Virus record (IMG/VR): IMGVR_UViG_3300042750_000005
Coordinates: 1 to 39,252 of that record
Length of the DNA: 39,252 nucleotides
Source of the DNA: a virus
Direction: 5' to 3' (one strand)
The first letter of the stretch is position 1. The number at the start of each line of letters is the position of its first letter. Below, piece by piece: positions 17,251 to 24,321 of the stretch. The notes below the pieces were generated by a model. That model had not been told where the DNA came from. It was given only the letters and a program-made list of their open reading frames with translations, and made no database searches. The position numbers were made by a program, and so were the translations under genes.

Positions 17251-17445
17251 ATGAAATCTTTTCGTAAGCGTCCGGTTGTAATTCAGGCATACCAGCATTT
17301 AGGAGATGCGCTAATAACAATCTCCACCCTTGAGGGTGATATGCATGCGATGCCCGGAGACTGGATCATAACCGGGATTAAAGGTGAAAAGTATCCATGC
17401 AAGCCGGATATTTTCGAGGCCACATATGAGCCTGTAGATGACTAG
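17251..17445 (+). CDS. Small conserved phage protein (PGDWIITG...GEKYPCKPDIFEATYEPV type)
   Basis: ACAGGAG ribosome-binding site. 64 aa. The motif is common in small phage proteins of unknown function. Confidence 0.55.
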   Translation: MKSFRKRPVVIQAYQHLGDALITISTLEGDMHAMPGDWIITGIKGEKYPCKPDIFEATYEPVDD

Positions 17446-17929
17446 CCCCCCCAGAAAAATACCGGACTGCCACGACATGGATGTTCTCGCCAAGACCATA
17501 TACGGAGAGGCCCAAGGCGAAGGCAATCTTGGCCGGGAAGCCGTGGGATGCACGGTCATTAATCGCTGGAGGTCTGGCAAGTGGTTTAACGGCTACGACA
17601 CCAACAATGACGGCATGGAAAGCATCGCGGAAGTCTGCCAGCAGATCGTGCCGAAATCCAAATGGCATCAATATTCTTGTTGGAACGCCGACAATCCAAA
17701 GCTGGCCGAAATCAACGCCTGCAATTTATACAATGCGGTATTCCGGGAATGCGTGACAATCGCCATGCTGGTGATAGCCAATTCGTCCGATCAGCGGTGG
17801 GCGGCACGGGACAAGAGCGGCGGGGCTACTCATTATCATGCGGATTACATCGCGACGCCGGTATGGGCTGCGGGTAAAAAGCCCTGCGCCATCATTGGCA
17901 GACATCGTTTCTTTGCGAATATAGCATGA
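17438..17929 (+). CDS. Endolysin, SleB-type cell wall hydrolase (Hydrolase_2 family)
   Basis: LAKTIYGEAQGEGNLGREAVGCTVINRW is the SleB/CwlJ-type signature. 163 aa with no signal peptide. Confidence 0.8.
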   Translation: MTSPPRKIPDCHDMDVLAKTIYGEAQGEGNLGREAVGCTVINRWRSGKWFNGYDTNNDGMESIAEVCQQIVPKSKWHQYSCWNADNPKLAEINACNLYNAVFRECVTIAMLVIANSSDQRWAARDKSGGATHYHADYIATPVWAAGKKPCAIIGRHRFFANIA

Positions 17930-18186
17930 AAAACGGGAGATACAATTTCCCCCCGGACTACAAGCCCAGCCAGCACATGCTTGATGAAGTTGGCATGGAT
18001 TTTGACGGAGACCTTGGCGGGCTAAAAAAGGACGTTCCGCCCCGGCGCAAACGGCTGAATCCTGCGTGGCTATGGTTGCTTTTTGCGCCGTTTCTGTTAT
18101 TATTCTGGGCAGACCCGGCTTATGCGTTCATGTTGATATTTGGCATGGCGATAGGCGCGGTGGGCATACTGATATTGGATACGTAA
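17926..18186 (+). CDS. Membrane protein with two C-terminal TM segments (holin or antiholin candidate)
   Basis: ATGA overlap with the endolysin gene. The C-terminus reads AWLWLLFAPFLLLFWADPAYAFMLIFGMAIGAVGILIL. Confidence 0.5.
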   Translation: MKNGRYNFPPDYKPSQHMLDEVGMDFDGDLGGLKKDVPPRRKRLNPAWLWLLFAPFLLLFWADPAYAFMLIFGMAIGAVGILILDT

Positions 18187-18199
18187 ACAGGAGATCACC

Positions 18200-18415
18200 A
18201 TGACCAAGCTAATCAGAATCGAAAATGCCGACACCTCAGACTACAAAGTCAGGGTGTCTGTCTTTGACCGTAATACGGCGGAGGATGGCGCGCCAGGCTA
18301 CCTTGCAGAAGTGCACACGCTGGCTCTCCCATGCCAGATGAAGGACATTTACATTCACACAGGCAGATACGTTGTTATTGAAGAGTATAAACACGAACAG
18401 GAGATTCCATCATGA
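18200..18415 (+). CDS. Hypothetical protein
   Basis: ACAGGAG ribosome-binding site 7 nt before the ATG. 71 aa. Confidence 0.5.
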   Translation: MTKLIRIENADTSDYKVRVSVFDRNTAEDGAPGYLAEVHTLALPCQMKDIYIHTGRYVVIEEYKHEQEIPS

Positions 18416-18576
18416 ATGAAATACTCGGATTGATCCGTCATGCGCTGACCACTGGCGGCGGCTACCTTGTCGCCAACGGAATGATAGGATCAAGCGACAT
18501 GGAGACGCTGGTGGGCGGGCTTATGGCCGTTCTGGGCGTGTGCTGGTCGTTGTACGACAAGCGACTGAGCGCGTGA
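18412..18576 (+). CDS. Small holin-like membrane protein (54 aa; below the ORF-track cutoff)
   Basis: ATGA overlap with the previous stop. The product is MNEILGLIRHALTTGGGYLVANGMIGSSDMETLVGGLMAVLGVCWSLYDKRLSA. It resembles small two-helix holins of proteobacterial phages. Confidence 0.5.
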   Translation: MNEILGLIRHALTTGGGYLVANGMIGSSDMETLVGGLMAVLGVCWSLYDKRLSA

Positions 18577-18609
18577 CGATAACGCGCCGCACACCATCGC
18601 TTCCGGTAT

Positions 18610-18651
18610 ATTCAATCAGCACGTCCGGGCGGCATCCGCACTGATTGGAAT
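18610..18651 (+). other. Stem-loop in the convergent intergenic gap
   Basis: ATTCAATCAG ... CTGATTGGAAT forms a 9-10 bp stem with one bulge. A nested GCGG-cat-CCGC sits in the loop. There is no T-tract, so terminator status is uncertain. Confidence 0.3.
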
Positions 18652-18910
18652 CGTAATGCGTCGATACTTCATCGCGCCATGACCGCGCACGATGCACTAG
18701 CCGGATAACTGTGCTGGCTTCATTCGGGCGTATGTCCATCTATCCTTCAATTTGGGCGGCGCTGCAATTTTTCCGTTAACTTTTAAGCGGCCCGGACCTT
18801 GCCTATGCGCACCCCGGTAGTACCAGTTGGGACAGTGTGCGTTAAGGATTGCAGCATTTACGGCACCCGCCCGGATGCCAAGAAAGGAAGTGGCCGCCCC
18901 AATTCAAGAA

Positions 18911-19351
18911 TTATTGATCAATTAGAGCCATTGGCACCCCGGCAAGTGAATATACCTCATACGTTAGTGCATCCCTATCGATCCCTGGCAGCACATTCTG
19001 AATGACATAGTCAACAGATTTTGTGAAGAACGCTGCGAACGTGTCCTGATCCATGGCTGAAAACGATATGGATTTCGGGATAGTATAAAACCCGCCGTCC
19101 GGCAATTCAACAATCTTTGTATGGCCCGTGCCCAGCTTGATCACGTCCAGCAGGTTGTCCACGGAACAATTGTCGATATTGTCAGACACGATTTTCAGCA
19201 GGCTAAAAAATAATCGGTGGAATCGCTGCGACCGTGGCCTTACAACATCCACATCGATAACGTCACCGGGCTTTATCTTGCGCGCCCATGCTTCCGCCTC
19301 GTCTGTTGCCGGGGCCAGCTTGCCGTCATAGGCAATGAATGCCAATTTCAT
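18911..19351 (-). CDS. DUF1367-like phage protein
   Basis: Start MKLAFIAYDGKLAPATDEAEAWARKIKPGDVIDVDVVRPRSQRFHRLFFSLL, which fits the DUF1367 pattern (R-x-x-x-F-H-R-x-F-F). ATGA overlap at 19348-19351 with the upstream gene. Confidence 0.55.
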   Translation of the reverse strand: MKLAFIAYDGKLAPATDEAEAWARKIKPGDVIDVDVVRPRSQRFHRLFFSLLKIVSDNIDNCSVDNLLDVIKLGTGHTKIVELPDGGFYTIPKSISFSAMDQDTFAAFFTKSVDYVIQNVLPGIDRDALTYEVYSLAGVPMALIDQ

Positions 19352-19857
19352 CTGATCGCATATCCCTTGTGGGCCAGAGAGAACGTCAATTCCAGCATTT
19401 CTTTGTCGGGCACGTTGTAGCAAAGCGTCATATCGCCAACGGTCATAACCAGATTGGCGGATCGCGAAGCTGGTGTATTTGGCATAACATTATCGGCCAG
19501 TCTGGCTTTGGTTTTTCTGATAATGTCAGTGTGCGGCGGCAAGTTTTTCGGCAATGTAAATTTAATGATGCGGTTCCCTACATAAAGCGGAAGCCCGCCG
19601 TCTCCAAAAACCAGCGATCCATGCTTGGGGTACCCCTTTACCGTGTCAAACAGAAACCGCCCGCGAAACATACCGAAACGATTAGATGAAGTCGCGCCAC
19701 GGGGATCATGTTTTATCGTCGCGGTCTCCCCGTCAACGCTCATAGCGATACGCACCAAGTCTAAGTCGGGGCCGTGATGGCCGGTAAGCTGAGACGCAAC
19801 AGCACTATCAAAGCTAACATTGACGCCGCTGCTTGTGCTTGAGATTAAAACCTTCAT
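19348..19857 (-). CDS. Hypothetical protein
   Basis: 169 aa starting MKVLISS. ATGA overlaps at both ends. Confidence 0.5.
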   Translation of the reverse strand: MKVLISSTSSGVNVSFDSAVASQLTGHHGPDLDLVRIAMSVDGETATIKHDPRGATSSNRFGMFRGRFLFDTVKGYPKHGSLVFGDGGLPLYVGNRIIKFTLPKNLPPHTDIIRKTKARLADNVMPNTPASRSANLVMTVGDMTLCYNVPDKEMLELTFSLAHKGYAIR

Positions 19858-20171
19858 TGCTGTTTTTCCTTCCATTTCAAGTAACGTACCCTGGCAACCG
19901 TTATAGCCGTTTGCACACCATGCAGAGGCGGAAGACCATAAGTCCGCCCCCAGAAAGCCGCTTCGCCGCCGCCTTGATCTGCGTGGCATTTTGCGCACAG
20001 CGGAAGCGTCCGGTCATCCCCAGGTTTCCGCCCCATGCCGCCACCGTGGCCGTGGCGAATGTGTGCGCCAACCACCGTACCGTCACGCACACCGCAGGCA
20101 CAGCAGCTTGCGTCACGGTATGAGTTGAGGTACTTGCGGTCCCTGATTGGCTTGATTTTCTGCATCACCAA
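19854..20171 (-). CDS. HNH-type nuclease resembling P1 Ref / DUF968 (RecA-dependent nuclease family)
   Basis: CCACG...VVGAHIRHGHGGGMGRKPGDDRTLPLCAKCHADQ gives Cys pairs flanking an H-x-x-H-G...G-M-G-x-K core, as in Ref-like proteins. Confidence 0.55.
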   Translation of the reverse strand: MVMQKIKPIRDRKYLNSYRDASCCACGVRDGTVVGAHIRHGHGGGMGRKPGDDRTLPLCAKCHADQGGGEAAFWGRTYGLPPLHGVQTAITVARVRYLKWKEKQQ

Positions 20172-20620
20172 GGAACGCGGTCACTGTCAAGGTCATCGGC
20201 TGGCGCGTCATCCCAATCGGCGACCTGCTTTTCAGCGTAGTTCCCGCCACTAGCCGCAGCCCCGGAGGGCTTGCTGTCCAGCAGCACAAGTTCGGCGTTA
20301 AACCCCTGTAAAACAACCTCAGTCGAATAGCGGTCAGCGCCGGTTTTGTCGGTCCATTTTCTCGTGGTGAGTTTTCCGGCTACGTAGCATTTCGAGCCTT
20401 TGCGGAGATACGACGCGGCTACCTTGCAAAGCCCTTCCGAGAAGATCACGATGTTGACAAACTCCGCCTTGTCGCGCCATTCCCCGGACGCCTTATCTTT
20501 CCAGCGTTCATTGCAGGCCAGCGAAAAGCTGACAATCTGCCGGCCATCCTGTGTTTGACGCACTTCCGGGTCGCGGGTAAGGTTGCCAATACCGATCCAG
20601 CGATTTACACTTCCACTCAT
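20165..20620 (-). CDS. ssb: Single-stranded DNA-binding protein
   Basis: NRWIGIGNLTRDPEVRQTQDGRQIVSFSLACNERWKDK...AEFVNIVIF is an OB-fold SSB signature. A Gly-rich linker and the acidic tail DDLDSDRVPW follow. Confidence 0.85.
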   Translation of the reverse strand: MSGSVNRWIGIGNLTRDPEVRQTQDGRQIVSFSLACNERWKDKASGEWRDKAEFVNIVIFSEGLCKVAASYLRKGSKCYVAGKLTTRKWTDKTGADRYSTEVVLQGFNAELVLLDSKPSGAAASGGNYAEKQVADWDDAPADDLDSDRVPW

Positions 20621-20623
20621 ATT

Positions 20624-21070
20624 TCAAACTCCATTCATTACGTTATATGCCAGCACCGCGAGAGCGCCGACAGCTACAGAAGCCAAAAACAGCAAGAACA
20701 ATTCAATCGCCTCGAGTTTGCGAGAAATTGCAGGCGGGAGATCATTTATCCGCCGATCAACAAGTGCGCGCACAACTGACGCCCGATCCAAAGCTGTGTG
20801 GAGTTCAGGCCATGCGGAAACTTCTTTATCGCGGTTCTTCATGTAAATAGCCCGTGCCAGCGCCTCATTCAGCCGTCGCATGGTGGACGCCTTGAGGGTG
20901 GGATACTGGCCCCTCTCGACGCCATTAATAAAGTTGGGGTGAACCCCGATCTTGCCGGTCCTTCCCTCCATTGCCATGCCCACCTCCGCCTGGGTGAGCT
21001 TCGCAGCCCTCCGCCGCGCGCGAAAATCAGCGCGGAACGCTTTCGAGTTATGGTTCAGGCTGTCAGACAT
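20624..21070 (-). CDS. XRE-family helix-turn-helix protein with a C-terminal transmembrane segment
   Basis: AAKLTQAEVGMAMEGRTGKIGVHPNFINGVERGQ is HTH_3-like. The C-terminus reads IELFLLFLASVAVGALAVLAYNV. Confidence 0.6.
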   Translation of the reverse strand: MSDSLNHNSKAFRADFRARRRAAKLTQAEVGMAMEGRTGKIGVHPNFINGVERGQYPTLKASTMRRLNEALARAIYMKNRDKEVSAWPELHTALDRASVVRALVDRRINDLPPAISRKLEAIELFLLFLASVAVGALAVLAYNVMNGV

Positions 21071-21980
21071 TTTTCACCTCCGAAAATGGGTTAATTTCGC
21101 CCTGACGCTCCGCCACGGCATTCATAATTGATTTGTAAACGTCTGGATGCGCGCCGTTGATTTGAGTCAACGCCTGATACTGTTCATTGAGGGCGTCCTC
21201 AATTTCCACTTCGCCGGTTGTCATGGTTATGCGCTTGAGAAATACGTCACGCCATAGGCCTGGGTACGCTTGCGCCAGACGGTAAATCCCTGACTTGTTT
21301 GACACGAAATACTTCTGCATCTGCCGCGCCGTGGTAAGCATCGACAAGTCATCAATGGCCTTTTTTGCAAACTGCGAAGCCAGTTCCTCTGGGGCGGCAA
21401 CATGTGCTTTGGGGGCGGGTGTCGGTAGCTGCTGTCCGGTGCGATTGTTAGTTGTATTCGGGCTGGGGTGTGGCGTTGCGTCCACCCCCATACCCTTCAA
21501 TTCATCCACATCATACAGGTCGCCCTTGTGCCAAAGGTCCAGCGCCGCGCCAAAGCGTAGGGCGGCGTTTCTGAGCGCATCCCCAATTATTTCCTTGATG
21601 GCGTCGCCGCCTATTTTGCCGTCCGCATGGCCGTACCCTATCCGCGTCATGCCGCAAATTGTAAGCCGTATCCACATGCCACCGTGCTGATCAATCAGGG
21701 GCGCGCCGTCCGGTGTCAGCGCCATAGGCTCCCATGACCAGTGCGGATCAACCTGTAGAAGCCGCTTGGTCAGAGCCGCATGGCCCACGTAATCCAGATG
21801 GACGACCTTGGGGTGATGCCATGCGCCGCAAATATCGCAGCGCACCCCCTCTTTGAAATTGGCCTTAACCGCGTCAGTCTGCGCTTTCGTTGGTTTTGGC
21901 AGCTTCCCAACTTCATGCGCATCAAACGGCACCATTAACAATGCCAGCCCTGTTGGCGCGTCTTTCACTTCGTTACTCAA
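21063..21980 (-). CDS. Rad52-like single-strand annealing protein (Sak / DUF1071 type)
   Basis: VGKLPKPT...RCDICGAWHHPKVVHLDYVGHAALTKRLLQVDPHWSWEP...GMTRIGYGHA...KEIIGDALRNAALRFGAALDLW matches the family pattern as I recall it. Confidence 0.6.
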   Translation of the reverse strand: MSNEVKDAPTGLALLMVPFDAHEVGKLPKPTKAQTDAVKANFKEGVRCDICGAWHHPKVVHLDYVGHAALTKRLLQVDPHWSWEPMALTPDGAPLIDQHGGMWIRLTICGMTRIGYGHADGKIGGDAIKEIIGDALRNAALRFGAALDLWHKGDLYDVDELKGMGVDATPHPSPNTTNNRTGQQLPTPAPKAHVAAPEELASQFAKKAIDDLSMLTTARQMQKYFVSNKSGIYRLAQAYPGLWRDVFLKRITMTTGEVEIEDALNEQYQALTQINGAHPDVYKSIMNAVAERQGEINPFSEVKNV

Positions 21981-22681
21981 TGTGCTTCCTCCCTGATTTC
22001 AAACCCATCAACATTACGCTTCCCGGCTTTAACATCGGCATTCACCAGCTTCTGTATGAACGCCTCCATTTCCGGCCTGTGATGCAGCCAGCAATATGCC
22101 GCCGCCTTCGAGCCATTAACAAGCACGGCCTTCCATGTCTTGCTAACGGTCTTGCGCCCTCCCACAGCAGCCGGCGTCGCCTTCGCCAGCGCAATCGCCT
22201 TGTACTCGGCCCTCTTGGCTTCTTCCAAAACGGCTTCGGCCACCTCTCTGGCTACAATATCGCCACGACTGGCCTGCATGGCTTCCAATGCCTCACGGCG
22301 CACCCTGTCGGCCTCTCTACGGGCCTGTAGAGCCTGTTCATCAAGGATGGCCTGTTTCTTCTTGAGCCACTTGTCACGGGCGACCTTAGCGGCCTTTAGC
22401 GCCCTATCGACATTATCCAGTGCGGGATTGTATAGCGCCTGAATTTCAGCCTTCGCCTTGTTGAGTGGGGCAACCTTTTCTTCGCACTCTGCATCACACG
22501 CCTTGCCGGCGGCCCGCAGCAGGTCCATGAGCGCCCCCAGACCTTCCGCCTGAGCGTCGGTTTCGATGTCCGTGCCGTCAATCCACGCTGCGGCCTCAAC
22601 GTATAGGTCGTCTATGGTTTGAAAAACATCCTTAGGGGGGTTGTTTGCGCCTAGGCCGTGTCGCTCGATTGCATCACTCAT
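21977..22681 (-). CDS. Hypothetical coiled-coil protein, conserved next to phage recombinases
   Basis: 234 aa with a long Ala/Glu/Lys/Arg helix. ATGA-coupled. Confidence 0.5.
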   Translation of the reverse strand: MSDAIERHGLGANNPPKDVFQTIDDLYVEAAAWIDGTDIETDAQAEGLGALMDLLRAAGKACDAECEEKVAPLNKAKAEIQALYNPALDNVDRALKAAKVARDKWLKKKQAILDEQALQARREADRVRREALEAMQASRGDIVAREVAEAVLEEAKRAEYKAIALAKATPAAVGGRKTVSKTWKAVLVNGSKAAAYCWLHHRPEMEAFIQKLVNADVKAGKRNVDGFEIREEAH

Positions 22682-22851
22682 TGGGAACTCCCATCGTTAG
22701 GTTTCTTTGACGCTATCCATTTGGACATCTCATGCCTTGACTTATCCAGAAGCTCAAGCGCATACCGCATACCGTCCGCATACCCTGACTGGTAAGCCTC
22801 AATGACCGCACGGTTAACTTCGCCTACAGGCGGGATGAGAACATACTTCAT
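22678..22851 (-). CDS. Small hypothetical protein (57 aa; below the track cutoff)
   Basis: The product is MKYVLIPPVGEVNRAVIEAYQSGYADGMRYALELLDKSRHEMSKWIASKKPNDGSSQ. ATGA overlaps at both ends. Confidence 0.45.
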   Translation of the reverse strand: MKYVLIPPVGEVNRAVIEAYQSGYADGMRYALELLDKSRHEMSKWIASKKPNDGSSQ

Positions 22852-22985
22852 TCTTTCCCCCTTTTGCGCATATCAGCCCGCGCCTCCAAAATCATCTGCG
22901 TCATCACTAGACAGAGGAATACGGCAAAAACCGACCCGGCCAAAAGCCACACGCCGACAAAGACATTCCAAAGCACGTTAATCAT
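22848..22985 (-). CDS. Small transmembrane protein
   Basis: The product is MINVLWNVFVGVWLLAGSVFAVFLCLVMTQMILEARADMRKRGKE. An AAGGGGCAAGGA ribosome-binding site lies upstream. Confidence 0.45.
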   Translation of the reverse strand: MINVLWNVFVGVWLLAGSVFAVFLCLVMTQMILEARADMRKRGKE

Positions 22986-23073
22986 TCCTTGCCCCTTTTC
23001 AGCGGGTCCATGCCTGTTTGCCCGTGGCCCAAGCATTTAGGGCGCCATTGCGGCTTGAGCGTGTCGTCGTTAG

Positions 23074-23361
23074 TCATTGGTCATCCTCCTGTGTGGGGAT
23101 GGGCGGGTATGGCAGCCAGTGCGTTGGTCCAGCACCATGTTTTGCCAAGTCGTAATCGTCCGATTCAACCGGGTCGCCGAAATATGTGTCGGAATAGTCG
23201 GCCCAATAAGCAACCGACTCCGGGTGAGTGGATTCCTTCGCCTCAGTTATTCGCCGGTTGGTTTTCCAACACAGCAACCGCACTTCCTCATCGCCAGCCC
23301 GGCAGCACAGAACCAAAGAACCGTTCCTGGGCGCACTCTCGATGTCCAGCCATTCAGTCAT
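23074..23361 (-). CDS. DUF551-like protein
   Basis: WLDIESAPRNGSLVLC ... PTHWLPYPPIP fits the DUF551 pattern. A GGAAGTGAGG ribosome-binding site lies before ATG 23361. The predicted promoter at 23397-23425 argues against the longer 23388 start. Confidence 0.45.
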   Translation of the reverse strand: MTEWLDIESAPRNGSLVLCCRAGDEEVRLLCWKTNRRITEAKESTHPESVAYWADYSDTYFGDPVESDDYDLAKHGAGPTHWLPYPPIPTQEDDQ

Positions 23362-23396
23362 CGCCTCACTTCCTGTTTGCTGTTTCAACTATCATC

Positions 23397-23425
23397 AAAA
23401 TAATCATCATTAATTCGCTTGTCAA
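23397..23425 (-). promoter_or_regulatory. Sigma70-like leftward promoter (TTGACA-17-TATTTT)
   Basis: On the minus strand, TTGACA lies at 23425-23420 and TATTTT at 23402-23397, with a 17-nt spacer. It sits in the divergent intergenic region. Confidence 0.5.
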
Positions 23426-23437
23426 CACAAAAAACAC

Positions 23438-23464
23438 TTGACGCGGATTATTTTATGATTAAAT
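23438..23464 (+). promoter_or_regulatory. Sigma70-like rightward promoter (TTGACG-15-TGaTTAAAT, extended -10)
   Basis: TTGACG at 23438-23443, TG at 23456-23457 and TTAAAT at 23459-23464. It is back-to-back with the leftward promoter. Confidence 0.4.
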
Positions 23465-23495
23465 GTGCTGATAACAGAAACAGGAGTGCGTTTGA

Positions 23496-23651
23496 ATGAA
23501 AGAGATTAAGTGCGCCGGCCTTGAAGTGTCGGCTGCTATTTACCTAGTTGGCGCAACGCTGACGGATAGCACATATGTGACGGTGATGTGTGGCTTGGCC
23601 GCGCTCGCCTGCCTCATTTCAATTGTATATATCAGTGAGAGGTCAGAATGA
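23496..23651 (+). CDS. Small membrane protein (51 aa; below the track cutoff)
   Basis: ACAGGAG ribosome-binding site. The product is MKEIKCAGLEVSAAIYLVGATLTDSTYVTVMCGLAALACLISIVYISERSE. ATGA overlap with the next gene. Confidence 0.45.
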   Translation: MKEIKCAGLEVSAAIYLVGATLTDSTYVTVMCGLAALACLISIVYISERSE

Positions 23652-23872
23652 ATTTAACAATCAAGTCAATCGTTCGCTACCTTGGCGGGCCAACGCTAAT
23701 TTCCAAGCGTCTGGCTGAAAAGGGCGAAAACATTTCACCATCGGCAGTGAGCAAGTGGGGGCACCTTAAAAACATCCCAATCAAATACTGGCCGCATCTA
23801 ATTGAAATGGGGGCCGATCTGCGCCCATTGACCAATGACGACCTGGTGGCGGCACATACGAGGGCAAAATGA
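23648..23872 (+). CDS. Cro / YdaS-like helix-turn-helix regulator
   Basis: IVRYLGGPTLISKRLAEKGENISPSAVSKWGHLKNIPIKYWPHLIE matches the YdaS/Cro family pattern. It is the first sizeable gene of the rightward early operon. Confidence 0.6.
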   Translation: MNLTIKSIVRYLGGPTLISKRLAEKGENISPSAVSKWGHLKNIPIKYWPHLIEMGADLRPLTNDDLVAAHTRAK

Positions 23873-24321
23873 TTCGCAAAACACATCTTCGCTGCGAGTG
23901 CGGACGCGCATACCCCAAAAAACTAATGGCACAAGCCTTCTGGACGCCAGCAGCCGATGCAGAATTGATGCGGCTCCGCGATCAGGGGCTGCCATACAGG
24001 ACGCTGGCGATAGAGATTAACAAGCGCCACGCGATAAAGGTTACGACAGATCAGGTGTATTACCGGCATCTGGCGCTGTGCGAGGGCGTTAGTGCGGCCC
24101 GGACACCGATGGGGCGTTCACGGCCAAAACCATCCGCTCCGGTGGCGTTAAAAAAGCCCCGGCTAAACTATGTGACAAAGCCGGAACCTGAGCCAGTCAT
24201 GGCCGTTCGGCATTCCAATAGCTGCGCCGATGCCTTATGCACAAGGCAACGGGCGAACGGCTACGATAAATGTCTGGGGCACTTGCCGCCGCTGGAAATA
24301 ACCAAGGGAGAAACAGTATGA
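23869..24321 (+). CDS. Hypothetical protein with a possible Myb / GcrA-like HTH
   Basis: WTPAADAELMRLRDQGLPYRTLAIEINKRH resembles the GcrA N-terminal W-T-x-E...L-x-x-G-x-S...I-A motif. The resemblance is weak. Confidence 0.3.
   Translation: MIRKTHLRCECGRAYPKKLMAQAFWTPAADAELMRLRDQGLPYRTLAIEINKRHAIKVTTDQVYYRHLALCEGVSAARTPMGRSRPKPSAPVALKKPRLNYVTKPEPEPVMAVRHSNSCADALCTRQRANGYDKCLGHLPPLEITKGETV

Noticed and set aside
18521-18739. A 72-aa minus-strand ORF in the convergent gap with a plausible AAGGA ribosome-binding site.
   Set aside because: It overlaps the 3' end of the holin-like gene by 56 nt and has no recognisable motif or clear codon bias. It sits about 170 bp away from the end of the minus-strand operon. 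I kept it only as a remote possibility.
18805-18885. A tRNA-like impression (GGTAGTACCAGTTGGGAC, possible anticodon-type stem) in the gap.
   Set aside because: I could not build a 7-bp acceptor stem or a T-arm with a TTCRA loop on either strand. A tRNAscan run would settle it.
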